64,000 nt of DNA from Anaerolineales bacterium (GCA_034429745.1 DAOUFY010000014.1:23538-87537); one strand, 5' to 3'. Shown: positions 41,116-50,715, counted from the first letter of the stretch. Notes: generated by a model not told the origin, from the sequence alone. Numbers and translations are program-made.

Positions 41116-41928
41116 TTAAGGCTGCGTATCTTCTAATGTGGGGTTAGTATCTGAAAGATGCTTTAGCGGTTGAGCAGCGAGCTGATAGCGGGCAATGATT
41201 ACAGAAATATTGTCCGGCCCTTGGTTGCGATTAGCCAACTCGATGAGTTTAAGCACAGCTTGTTGGGGTGGTAGCTCCCATGCCACAGCGTGGATTTGAG
41301 CTTCAGTTACAGGACCCCATAAGCCATCGCTGCAGATGAGAACTACATCGTCTGGTTTTAGAGTGTGGTGGTGGGAGTAAATATCCAGCTCTTTGCGCTG
41401 GGCGTTGAGCGACATTGTCAGCACATTACGTTTGGGGTGATTAAGAGCTTCTTGGGGAGTGATCAGGTTCTTGCGTACCAAATCGCCAACGAAGCTGTGA
41501 TCCCAGCTGAGTTGTTGAATATTTTCTTCATCAAGGAGGTACACCCGCGTATCGCCGACATTAGCAAGAAACAGCTGATAGCCATCTAGGATAACTGCAG
41601 CAACGGTGCTACCCATATTGGCAAGCTCGGAATCCTGCTGAGAAGCGTAAACAAGTTGCTGATGAGCATATTGTATGCCTTCGCGTAAAAGAGCTTCAAA
41701 ACTGTCTCGCAATTCAGTCTGTTGATAAAAAGTTAGCAGGCTGTTGGTTATTATAGAGCTTGCTTGTTCTCCGCCGCGATGCCCTCCCATGCCATCAGCA
41801 ACAATGAATAAAGGCGGTTTAGCGGTTGCTGTGTTGGGGAGGAATACTTCCACCTTATCTTGGTTGGGCTTGCCTTGTCGTTGAAGGCCGACATCCGTTC
41901 CATAACCGACTATGAGATCCATAAGCAA
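41116..41928 (-). CDS. PP2C-family Ser/Thr phosphatase
   Basis: 270 aa with QDKV.., FIVADGMGGHRGGEQAS, VLICSDGLW and DNISVIIA motifs of bacterial PPM phosphatases. Confidence 0.9.
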   Translation of the reverse strand: MLMDLIVGYGTDVGLQRQGKPNQDKVEVFLPNTATAKPPLFIVADGMGGHRGGEQASSIITNSLLTFYQQTELRDSFEALLREGIQYAHQQLVYASQQDSELANMGSTVAAVILDGYQLFLANVGDTRVYLLDEENIQQLSWDHSFVGDLVRKNLITPQEALNHPKRNVLTMSLNAQRKELDIYSHHHTLKPDDVVLICSDGLWGPVTEAQIHAVAWELPPQQAVLKLIELANRNQGPDNISVIIARYQLAAQPLKHLSDTNPTLEDTQP

Positions 41929-41934
41929 TTTGCC

Positions 41935-44900
41935 TCAGACAACATCTTTGCGTTTTTGGAAGAAGAGAATTAAGCCGAACATGATAAGTCCTTGAGTGAT
42001 AAGAATAAACCAGCGGGATGTAACTTCACCTCTAAAAGCGCGTCCGTAATCATCATAAATAATGTTCAGCGTAGATTCGGCAGAGGCGATGGCTGATTCG
42101 CGTTCTTTTTCCCATTCGGCTTTACGGTTGCCATAAACTTCCATCTCGTCGCCATAATCCTCAAATTGTTTGCGGCTTTCGTCAGCAAAATCTGAGGCTT
42201 GTTCTTTCATCGCCAAGCGAAATTCTTCAAATTGATCCGAGCGATCGTCGGAATATTCTTGATTCTGGTCGCGCACGAGGTCAAAGTAATCCGGCACTGG
42301 TTTACCTTCCTCACTGACTCTGGGTATTTCGGTTGGTGTAGGGTAGGGTGTTGGCGTTGGCAAAGAGGTCGGTGAAGGGATTGCGGTAGGTTTGATTGGC
42401 TTGTAGGGTTCTGGTTCGCCAAGCGCGCGTTGGGAGGCTTCATCATAAAAATCGGGTGATTTTATACCCGGTATCTTACCGCAGTTTTCCTCATTAAACA
42501 GGCTTGCGCCTAAACACATGCACTGTTCTTTTTGCTTGTCAGTGAGAGCCAAGCGCTGATCTTTGGTGAGCGTTGTCCAGCAGGGATCTTTCATGAGTGG
42601 TTCAAAGACGCTGCTAGCCCGGACAAAGGCTTCAAAAGACCAGCGGCTTATGGTAAGATAGCTGAGAGGTTCGCCTAGTTTGAAAGGGATCTTTTCTAGT
42701 GGCAAGAGAACACCTGCAAAAAGCAGTTGCGGGACGATGACAGCGATGAGAACTATGAGCGAGGCATTTTGATTGGGTACAGCAGCAGAAATAAGCAAAC
42801 CTAAAAGGTAGCTTACGGTAATAGTAAGCACCAAGGTGAACATCATAGAAAAGAAGGTGCCTATATTTGGTATGACAGGGTTGACCAAAAGAATGACAAA
42901 CAGCAAAATAATAACGCCGGAATACACTGCTAAAGCTATTCCGATCCACAATTTTGAAAGGGCATAGGGAAAGATCTGCAAGCCAACTGCCCTTTCACGC
43001 TTGAAAATATCTGCTTCCTTTACAATTTCGCGTACACTGCTAAGTGAACCAACGAGGATGCCGATTACAGCTGTCATGAACCACATTGCCATGGTTTTGG
43101 GACTGTCACCATGCACGGGGTCAAACAAATTTCTGCCCCAAATGAAGTTCATGAACCCTAGCAGGGGCGCTAGTCCAAGCATCAACCCAAGGGAGACTCT
43201 ATCTTGAAAGAGAATTCGGGTGTTGCGCGAGGAAAGGATAATGAATTGCTTTAATGTCGAAGCCCTTTTTTGTGGAGGGCGTTGAACTGCTGCAGGGAGA
43301 GGCTTAGGGGCTGCAGCAGCCCGCGCGGCCATTTGTTTAGGTTGGGTCATTTCTTGACGAAAGCGCTTGTCCCACTCTTCGGGGGTGCCTTTGCTGTCGT
43401 CGTCAAGAATGCGATAAATGTCATCAAACTCCATTTCCTTTTCCATGCGCTCACGCGGGGTGCGGTACTTATCAAAATAGACCAAGGCATGTTCGGGCGC
43501 GCCGAAAAATGCCATATACCCACCGCGCGCCAAAATGATGACTTTATCGCACAGCATGACGTTTTTGGTAGCATGGGTGATGAGCATGATTGTACGTCCT
43601 TGATCGGCTAAGCGTCGCAGGAGCTTCATCATTTCATATTCTGTGCCGGGGTCTAAACCGCTGGTTGGCTCATCGAGGAAAAAGAGTTTGGGTTTGGTTA
43701 ACAGTTCCACGCCGATGGAGACGCGTTTCAATTGTCCGCCGGAAAGACGCGAGTTGAGAATATCCTTCCGAAAACTGAGCCCTAAGTTTTCGAGAGTCTC
43801 ATCAATGGCTTGCTGCCGTTCCTCTTTAGTGGTGTCCTGAGGCATGCGCAGCTGAGCAGCATAATCCAATGCCATGCTGGGGGTAAGCTCCATATGAACG
43901 ATGTCCCGTTGAGGAACATAACCAATATCATTGCGGAACATGTCGTAGTTTTCGTATAAGTTAATACCATTGACCAGCACTTCACCATCTGTTGCTGGGC
44001 GAAATCCGTTAATGGCATCTTGCAGAGTGGTTTTTCCGGCACCGCTCATGCCTACAAGAGCTACAAATTCATTCTGGCCAATATTTAGGGAGATATCCTT
44101 AAGGAGGTTTAAGTCTTTTGTAACCCACTTATTCAAATGTTTGACTTCAATGGTATAGCCTTCAGGGGTAGATTGATTCAGTTCACTGCCGGTGAGAATG
44201 AATTGTTCTAGACCGATCTTGATCTGATCGCCTTCTTTCAGCCAAGCAATACCCTGAACGCGTTTACCATTAACGAACGTGCCATTATGAGATTTCAAGT
44301 CAATAATACGAAAACGCGTGCCCATCCTTTCGAGAATGGCATGATAGCGGCTGACAAGCGGCTGATTGATGACAATATGATTATCTGCCGCGCGTCCAAT
44401 GGTTACCTTTTCCAATCCCATGAGGTTTAAAGGCTTTTTAACCATGGGTTGGGCTTTTTCAGCGTAGGAGGGTTTTGGAGAAGGCATCGAGCTAGGTGCT
44501 GCTTTGGGGTACAATAGGTTTAATGTTGCAGCGTCCTGCGGGGTTACCTGCTCCACCCAAAAGGCAACTTGAGCGATGGAAAATTTGTCTCCCGCAGATA
44601 GATTGGTTGCTTGATGAGGTGGGAGTTGCTTTCCTTGGAAGATGATGCCATTGCGCGAACCTAAATCGCATATTGAAAGCTGATTGCGGCTTATTTTAAG
44701 CGAGGCATGATGACGAGAAATCATGTTGTCATCTATTTGGATGGAACAATCTTCACTTCTGCCGAGCCGCCATTCCCCTTCGGGCAGCAGATAAATTCGT
44801 TCGGGTTGGTTAGGGAGTTCGATGTGCAGCAGCCAAACTAAGGCGGTGGGAGATGGCTGATTAGGGACCCCTGTGGAGGAATCAGCTTGGATGAGCTGCT

Positions 44901-45291
44901 CCTGAGCATGGAGTGGTTTGGCATGGGGCGGAACAGCGTCCGCAGAGACTGCTCTTACTAGCAACTGATAATTTGTTACGGTGAAGGGTTTGTCGAATGG
45001 TAATGGGAATGGCTTGCGCGGTTGTAGCGGTTTCCCTTCGACTTGAGTGCCGTTGTAAGAGCCTAAATCCATGAGGAAACAGCCATGCGGAAAAATCTCC
45101 AATTGCACATGACGGCGTGAAATGTTTTTTTCGTCAAGGATAATATCGTTATCGGAGGCTCTTCCAATGATATATTTGCCAGGATCTAAGATGAGGGTAC
45201 GTTCATGTAGCTGGTTTTGAGAAATTTCGAGCAGGTATTTTTGTACGGATTCCATTTGATATAACTCCACTGCTATCGGTTGTTGCTGCAA
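41935..45291 (-). CDS. Triple-FHA ABC transporter (3xFHA - ABC ATPase - ABC-2/ABCG-type membrane domain with large loop insertion)
   Basis: Three FHA cores (IIGRASDNDIIL..SRRHVQL..NGT; RLGRSEDCSIQI..SRHHASL..NG; TIGRAADNHIVI..SRYHAIL..NGTFVNG). Walker A GMSGAGKTT, signature LSGGQLKRVSIG, Walker B LFFLDEPTSGLD. Six or more TM helices. Confidence 0.9.
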   Translation of the reverse strand: MQQQPIAVELYQMESVQKYLLEISQNQLHERTLILDPGKYIIGRASDNDIILDEKNISRRHVQLEIFPHGCFLMDLGSYNGTQVEGKPLQPRKPFPLPFDKPFTVTNYQLLVRAVSADAVPPHAKPLHAQEQLIQADSSTGVPNQPSPTALVWLLHIELPNQPERIYLLPEGEWRLGRSEDCSIQIDDNMISRHHASLKISRNQLSICDLGSRNGIIFQGKQLPPHQATNLSAGDKFSIAQVAFWVEQVTPQDAATLNLLYPKAAPSSMPSPKPSYAEKAQPMVKKPLNLMGLEKVTIGRAADNHIVINQPLVSRYHAILERMGTRFRIIDLKSHNGTFVNGKRVQGIAWLKEGDQIKIGLEQFILTGSELNQSTPEGYTIEVKHLNKWVTKDLNLLKDISLNIGQNEFVALVGMSGAGKTTLQDAINGFRPATDGEVLVNGINLYENYDMFRNDIGYVPQRDIVHMELTPSMALDYAAQLRMPQDTTKEERQQAIDETLENLGLSFRKDILNSRLSGGQLKRVSIGVELLTKPKLFFLDEPTSGLDPGTEYEMMKLLRRLADQGRTIMLITHATKNVMLCDKVIILARGGYMAFFGAPEHALVYFDKYRTPRERMEKEMEFDDIYRILDDDSKGTPEEWDKRFRQEMTQPKQMAARAAAAPKPLPAAVQRPPQKRASTLKQFIILSSRNTRILFQDRVSLGLMLGLAPLLGFMNFIWGRNLFDPVHGDSPKTMAMWFMTAVIGILVGSLSSVREIVKEADIFKRERAVGLQIFPYALSKLWIGIALAVYSGVIILLFVILLVNPVIPNIGTFFSMMFTLVLTITVSYLLGLLISAAVPNQNASLIVLIAVIVPQLLFAGVLLPLEKIPFKLGEPLSYLTISRWSFEAFVRASSVFEPLMKDPCWTTLTKDQRLALTDKQKEQCMCLGASLFNEENCGKIPGIKSPDFYDEASQRALGEPEPYKPIKPTAIPSPTSLPTPTPYPTPTEIPRVSEEGKPVPDYFDLVRDQNQEYSDDRSDQFEEFRLAMKEQASDFADESRKQFEDYGDEMEVYGNRKAEWEKERESAIASAESTLNIIYDDYGRAFRGEVTSRWFILITQGLIMFGLILFFQKRKDVV

Positions 45292-45393
45292 TGGGAAAAT
45301 TCATGGGGTGATTTTTTGATTGATGATTTTTGATTCTATCACATTGTATATGATTTATGACGTAAATTCAATAGACTTTATGAATTCTTACAA

Positions 45394-45422
45394 TTGACTT
45401 CATTGTTAAGAAGTCATATAAT
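45394..45422 (+). promoter_or_regulatory. Near-consensus sigma70 promoter for the vWA-FHA gene, with an embedded inverted repeat
   Basis: TTGACT (45394-45399), 17-nt spacer, TATAAT (45417-45422). The 7-bp inverted repeat TGACTTC/GAAGTCA (45395-45401 and 45410-45416) overlaps the -35 element and the spacer. Confidence 0.5.
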
Positions 45423-45469
45423 CAAGGTAGTCATGCAAACTGGAGGGTGAGAACACATAGGAGGGTAAG

Positions 45470-47233
45470 ATGGGAAAATGGAATAAATGTTATGTTTTCT
45501 GTTTTTGGGTTGCCTGTATTGCAGCGGCGGTCTTGTTTGTGCTAAATTTTTCGCACTCTGCCTTTGCTAAAACCACTTATGATCTGATTATTCACTATGT
45601 GTACCCAAAAGTCAACTCTAGTGGTGATGCCTATAATGTAGAAGTATTTTTTTCAGTTCTCGATGAGGATGGCAAGCTTCAGAAAGGACTTGAAAAGGAT
45701 GACTTTACTTTAATTGAAAATGGCAACGAAATAGACATTGAGTCATTAGATAAGGTTAAAAATGAGGTACTCAATGTAATTGTAGTTATGGATAAAAGCG
45801 TTCCTTCACAGCGGCTGACTAATGAAAAAGATGCGATATCAGACTTTATAAAAGATTTGGAACGCGATGATTCCATTGGTATTTTGAGCTATGATAGTGA
45901 AATAGAGACTGTTGTTGATCTCACCACTGACCAAGATAAGGCATTGGATAAATTGAAAAAGGTGAAGAACACTTCTGAAGGGGACAACTGTCTCTATGAT
46001 GCTGTGTATGAAGCTGTAAAAATGATCGCCAAGCAGCCGCCTGGTCGCAGAGCAATTGTAGTATTGACTGATGCAGAAGATAAGTTATATAACAGTACGA
46101 AGGTGTGCAGTGCAAATACGGATGACGATGTTATTGATCTGGCAACAAGCTGGAATACGCGCGTGCCGATTTACACCCTTGCTATCACTGACGCCACAGA
46201 CGAGAAGGTATTAAAACGTATTGCTGAACGTACTGGCGGCCGCTATAAGTTCGCCAAAAACTCCGGTGATATTGCTTCTCAGTTGAATGATATCTCCTAT
46301 CAGTTCCAGAATGAATATATTATTCGCTACACCTCACAACAGAAACCTGGGGAATATACGCTGGTACTGGAAGTGGAATATAAAGGTGTACATGATGAAG
46401 ATACTCGCCCTATCGTGTATTCTGAGCTGTTATCTGGCGGAGAGCAAAGTGCTGAGATAGAGGCTTCACCCACAGTACCTCAAGTGGAGACTGCAGTTTC
46501 TCGAGTTGAACAGCTTCAACCGACTGAGGTCGTTGCATTGCCCACCCCACTCCCTAAAGAAGAGCCAAATCTCCTTTCAGGAGGAATATCTTTGTGGCTG
46601 GTAGCTCTTGGGGTCGTGATTGTCATTGGAGTGATCGTCATTTTCCTGCTCGTGGTGATGATCAGGCGCAGTGGCAGCAAGAAGCCGGCTAAACCAGCTG
46701 CCCCCTCTGCTCCACCTTCGGCACCTCCTGCAGCTAGCTTAGATGCTACTTTTGATGGTTTACTTGCCTCTCCAGCAGGTATGGCAGCTGCTCAACCAGT
46801 TGCAACGCTTACAGTGCTTGCCAGTGATGATGCTGCAATGATTGGCAAGGTGTTGATGATTGGGGCAGGCCGGACGACCATTGGCCGCAGCCCGGATAAC
46901 GATATTGTGCTCCCACAGGATAAAGGGGTATCACGACAGCACCTTGTTTTAGAATATATGGAAAACGAAGTTTTCATCGCTGAAGCGATATCAGCCGAAG
47001 GTAAACGTCCTACTTACGGTACATACATCAATGAGCAGAGAATTGGCACTGTACCTCAACCGCTCATGCACGGTTCTGAAATCCGTTTAGGCAATCGCTG
47101 CCGCATGCGCTTTGAAAAGCTGATGACCTCTGCCTCATCCGCGGAAGATAAAACCCTTGATATGTCAGCGGCGGATGACGTTACACAGGCAAGTACGGAT
47201 GACGATAAGACCGTAGTCTATAAGGGTTCATGA
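45470..47233 (+). CDS. Signal peptide - vWA ectodomain - TM - FHA domain protein
   Basis: Signal peptide ending SAFA/K. vWA blocks VIVVMDKSVPS, ILSYDS and IVVLTDAEDK. TM helix LWLVALGVVIVIGVIVIFLLVVMI, a Pro/Ala linker, and a C-terminal FHA (TIGRSPDNDIVL..SRQHLVL..YGTYINEQRI). Confidence 0.85.
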   Translation: MGKWNKCYVFCFWVACIAAAVLFVLNFSHSAFAKTTYDLIIHYVYPKVNSSGDAYNVEVFFSVLDEDGKLQKGLEKDDFTLIENGNEIDIESLDKVKNEVLNVIVVMDKSVPSQRLTNEKDAISDFIKDLERDDSIGILSYDSEIETVVDLTTDQDKALDKLKKVKNTSEGDNCLYDAVYEAVKMIAKQPPGRRAIVVLTDAEDKLYNSTKVCSANTDDDVIDLATSWNTRVPIYTLAITDATDEKVLKRIAERTGGRYKFAKNSGDIASQLNDISYQFQNEYIIRYTSQQKPGEYTLVLEVEYKGVHDEDTRPIVYSELLSGGEQSAEIEASPTVPQVETAVSRVEQLQPTEVVALPTPLPKEEPNLLSGGISLWLVALGVVIVIGVIVIFLLVVMIRRSGSKKPAKPAAPSAPPSAPPAASLDATFDGLLASPAGMAAAQPVATLTVLASDDAAMIGKVLMIGAGRTTIGRSPDNDIVLPQDKGVSRQHLVLEYMENEVFIAEAISAEGKRPTYGTYINEQRIGTVPQPLMHGSEIRLGNRCRMRFEKLMTSASSAEDKTLDMSAADDVTQASTDDDKTVVYKGS

Positions 47234-47344
47234 AGCAAGGAAATTTAAGGAAGCCGTGTGCTTATTTATCTCCTTATTATGTATAATTATATGCCCCTAA
47301 ATTATTGAAGATTCGCGCAATGCAGGTGCGCAGAGAGGAGGTAA

Positions 47345-49438
47345 ATGGTTCAAGGTTTTCAAACGCAGCTGCGTCAAGGTGCCCCTCGCTTTAGTGGATG
47401 GCTGTGTGGGGTTGCTTGCCTTTTGTTATGTATAATTTTAGGGCTTCCTCCTCAAGACAGTTATGCCGATTCCCCAAGCGATCATTATAATTGGGCGCAG
47501 CGCGAATGGGCTTCTCCTTCGATAACCCCTTCTCCAACAATTGAACAATCTTTAGTTGTCTTCACGGTGAATAGTTTCGATGATGATGTAGATGGGAACA
47601 TCGGTGATGGAGTGTGTGTAACTCTGAGAGGGGTATGCACGTTACGCGCTGCAATTCAAGAGGCGAATGCGTCTTATGATACAGAAGTTATTCATTTATC
47701 AAGCGGCACCTATCGCCTGAGCATACCCGGCCGCGCTGAAGATAAATCGGTTACTGGAGATTTGGATATAACTAGGCCGGTGACATTGCTTGGCAGCGGT
47801 TCTGCCGCGACGATTATTGATGGGGGAGGGCTTGACCGCGTATTGGATATTGGCGAGAATGCCCATCCCGGAACGTCTGTTACCATAGCTCACCTCGCTA
47901 TCCGCAATGGCAGCGACAATGGGGAGAATGCTCCGGCCGGCATTCGGATCCGTACTTATAAGGTTACATTAGAAGACATTATTGTTTCTGATAATTTTGG
48001 TGAAGGTATTGGCATAGACAAAGGAGCATTAATCCTTAAAAATTCTATTGTGAAAAACAACAACAGCGTTGGCATAGGGGGCATTCGAGCCACTTCTTCG
48101 TCTCTGCTGATCTCGGAAAGTACCATCAGTGAAAATAAAGGTGCTTGGGGGGGGATTGCCTCAGATACATGGATCAATGTAGTCAATTCCACAATCAGCG
48201 GCAATAAAGGCAGTGCAGGTCCGGGCGGTTTGCGGCTCAGCGGCAGTGCAACCATTACCAATAGTACGATTTCGTCCAACATTGGCAGCGAGGGAGCTGC
48301 GATTTGGATAAACAACGGCAATTTGATCATTATAAACTCGACCATTGTTGCCAATCAATCCTCAGGCAGCGGTGGTGATTGGCGATCTGGATCCGCCGGC
48401 GGGATCTTCTTCAAAGGTGATAAAGGCAGTGTTATTCTTGCTCACACCATTTTAGCTGAAAATATCAGTTCAAGGGAAAGCCCAAACTGTTATGGTACCC
48501 TGCTTTCTATGGGTTATAATTTGATTGACAAACTGGATGGCTGTCATTTTATTCCCACTGAGACGGACTTGATCAATACCCCACCTTTGTTAGGCCCTTT
48601 GCAGAACAATGGAGGAACATCATTTACCCATGCCCCTTTGCAAAATAGCGCGGCAATTGACGGTGGCAGTCCGCGCGGCTGCACGTATCGGGATCAAACA
48701 CCATTGCTGCGCGATCAGCGCAACCATACCAGACCTTATGATGGCAATGGCGATGGTATAGCGGTCTGTGATATTGGCGCAGTTGAATATGATGGAGAAT
48801 CGACAGTAGTTGTTCTTCCAACGCTAACCCCAACATTGCCTTCGGGTGAACTTGTTTCTCAGCCACAGAGCACACCGGTTTCTACAGAACCTATGCCAAC
48901 GAGCACAGCGTCTGCTCAATGCAGGGAGCTTGTGGTCAATGGGGGATTTGAAAGTCAAGAAGGATGGGTTTTTCCGCAAACCGCTGCCCCGGCTGAATAT
49001 GCTCAAGGTATTGCTCACAGCGGTAAGCAATCTGTCCGTACAGGAATATTAAGCCCCTTGAATAATGTCTTAAGTTATTCGTCTATTTGGCAGCCGGTTG
49101 TTATTCCATCAGATGTAGGTAAAGCAACATTAAGTTTTTGGGTTTATCCTGTAAATACTGGACCTATTGAGGATTATCATGGAGGAGATCTGCAGTTAGC
49201 GCTGTTGTTGGATTACCCCTATTGGAGTATGGGTTTTAGTCCGCTACGGCAAACTTTGCTTTCGTTGCGCTCCAACAGCCGCACGTGGACGCACTATGAA
49301 TATGATCTTACTTCCTATGCCGGGCGGAAAATTTGGTTGTATTTTGGCACATATAATAATGGGTGGGCAGGAAGTTGGGGCAGCCCAATGGCAATGTATG
49401 TGGATGATGTTTCTCTGCTAGCTTGCTCATCTAAATAA
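47345..49438 (+). CDS. Secreted right-handed beta-helix protein with N-terminal CSLREA-type motif and C-terminal CBM-like domain
   Basis: N-terminal hydrophobic anchor/signal. DGVCVTLRGVCTLRAAIQEAN matches the CSLREA motif pattern. Many ~22-aa N/S/G/I-rich PbH1-like turns. The C-terminus starts with the VVNGGFE pattern typical of CBM4/9-like modules. Confidence 0.7.
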   Translation: MVQGFQTQLRQGAPRFSGWLCGVACLLLCIILGLPPQDSYADSPSDHYNWAQREWASPSITPSPTIEQSLVVFTVNSFDDDVDGNIGDGVCVTLRGVCTLRAAIQEANASYDTEVIHLSSGTYRLSIPGRAEDKSVTGDLDITRPVTLLGSGSAATIIDGGGLDRVLDIGENAHPGTSVTIAHLAIRNGSDNGENAPAGIRIRTYKVTLEDIIVSDNFGEGIGIDKGALILKNSIVKNNNSVGIGGIRATSSSLLISESTISENKGAWGGIASDTWINVVNSTISGNKGSAGPGGLRLSGSATITNSTISSNIGSEGAAIWINNGNLIIINSTIVANQSSGSGGDWRSGSAGGIFFKGDKGSVILAHTILAENISSRESPNCYGTLLSMGYNLIDKLDGCHFIPTETDLINTPPLLGPLQNNGGTSFTHAPLQNSAAIDGGSPRGCTYRDQTPLLRDQRNHTRPYDGNGDGIAVCDIGAVEYDGESTVVVLPTLTPTLPSGELVSQPQSTPVSTEPMPTSTASAQCRELVVNGGFESQEGWVFPQTAAPAEYAQGIAHSGKQSVRTGILSPLNNVLSYSSIWQPVVIPSDVGKATLSFWVYPVNTGPIEDYHGGDLQLALLLDYPYWSMGFSPLRQTLLSLRSNSRTWTHYEYDLTSYAGRKIWLYFGTYNNGWAGSWGSPMAMYVDDVSLLACSSK

Positions 49439-49478
49439 TGTGCTGTTTTCAATAATATTTTTGAAATAAGGAGATATT

Positions 49479-50690
49479 ATGGACTTTAAACTTAGTGAAG
49501 AACACCTTATGGTGCAAAAAATGGTGCGCGACTTTGCGCAAAAAGAAATTGCCCCTCTGATCAAGGAGTGCGATCAAAAACAAGAGATGGCGCCTTTTAC
49601 CCTAAAACGGATGGGAGAATTGGGTATTTTAGGCTTATGCCTTCCCGTGCGCTATGGTGGACAAGGAATGGATTATATCGCGCTCGGGCTTGCATGCGAA
49701 GAATTGGAAGCGGTTGACACCACCCTGCGTGTGGTTCTTTCAGTTCATATTGGGCTGTGCTGTTTAGTACTACTGCAATGGGGAACTGAAGAGCAGAAGC
49801 AGCGATTCCTTGTGCCGTTGGCAAAAGGTGAGAAAGTAGGGTTGGGCGCTTTTACCGAGCCTGGCGCGGGTTCTGATTTCGCGAATATTCAAGCTACTGC
49901 CCGCCGTGAAGGCGATTATTATGTGCTTAATGGGGAAAAGATGTGGATTTCGTTGGCAACAAAAGCTGATTATGGCATCGTAACCGTGCGCACTTCTACC
50001 GAAGGAAAGAAAAGCCAGGGATTAACCACTTTTCTCGTTGATTTGCATAGTGAAGGGGTAACGCGAGGTGATATTCATGGAAAACTGGGCGTGCGTGCTG
50101 GTTCGACCGGCTGGCTCGCATTTCAGGATGTGCGCGTGCCGCTGGAAAACCGCATTGGCGAGGAGGGGGAAGGTTTTAAGATCACCATGGCGGCTTTTGA
50201 TAACGGACGTTATACAGTTGCGGCTGGCGCAACTGGCTTAATTAGAGCTTCTTTAGAAGCTAGTGTAGCTTATGCAAAAGAAAGAACTGCTTTTGACAAA
50301 CCTCTTGCTGAGCATCAACTTATTCAAGCAAAAATTGCGCGTATGGCGCGGGATTATGAGGCGGCGCGCTTGCTTTATCTGCAAGCCGGTTGGTGCAAGA
50401 ATGAGGGTATTCGCAATACGCGTCAGACGTCGGTGGCTAAGTGGTTTGCTACTGAAGCCTCTTTTGAGGCAGCTGTTGAAGCCGTGCAAATTCATGGCGC
50501 TTATGGCTATAGTGATGAGTATCCGGTCGAGCGGTATATGCGCAATGCTAAGGGGGCAATTATTTATGAAGGATCAAGCGAGATTCAAAGCCTCATTCAA
50601 GCTGGCTATGCCTTAGGCGAACGGCAAGATCGCCCGCTGCGCTGTGAGCTGCCGGCTTATGACCCTGATTTTTGGCAAGAGGAGGAGTAA
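49479..50690 (+). CDS. Acyl-CoA dehydrogenase
   Basis: 403 aa with ACAD motifs ([18 protein letters not shown], catalytic-base region [13 protein letters not shown]). Confidence 0.9.
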   Translation: MDFKLSEEHLMVQKMVRDFAQKEIAPLIKECDQKQEMAPFTLKRMGELGILGLCLPVRYGGQGMDYIALGLACEELEAVDTTLRVVLSVHIGLCCLVLLQWGTEEQKQRFLVPLAKGEKVGLGAFTEPGAGSDFANIQATARREGDYYVLNGEKMWISLATKADYGIVTVRTSTEGKKSQGLTTFLVDLHSEGVTRGDIHGKLGVRAGSTGWLAFQDVRVPLENRIGEEGEGFKITMAAFDNGRYTVAAGATGLIRASLEASVAYAKERTAFDKPLAEHQLIQAKIARMARDYEAARLLYLQAGWCKNEGIRNTRQTSVAKWFATEASFEAAVEAVQIHGAYGYSDEYPVERYMRNAKGAIIYEGSSEIQSLIQAGYALGERQDRPLRCELPAYDPDFWQEEE

Positions 50691-50715
50691 TCCTCCTCTT
50701 TTTCTTTGTTTTTTC
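50677..50715 (+). terminator. Rho-independent terminator of the acyl-CoA dehydrogenase gene
   Basis: Perfect 9-bp stem AAGAGGAGG (50677-50685) / CCTCCTCTT (50692-50700) with a 6-nt loop that contains the stop codon, followed by TTTCTTTGTTTTTTC. Confidence 0.7.
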
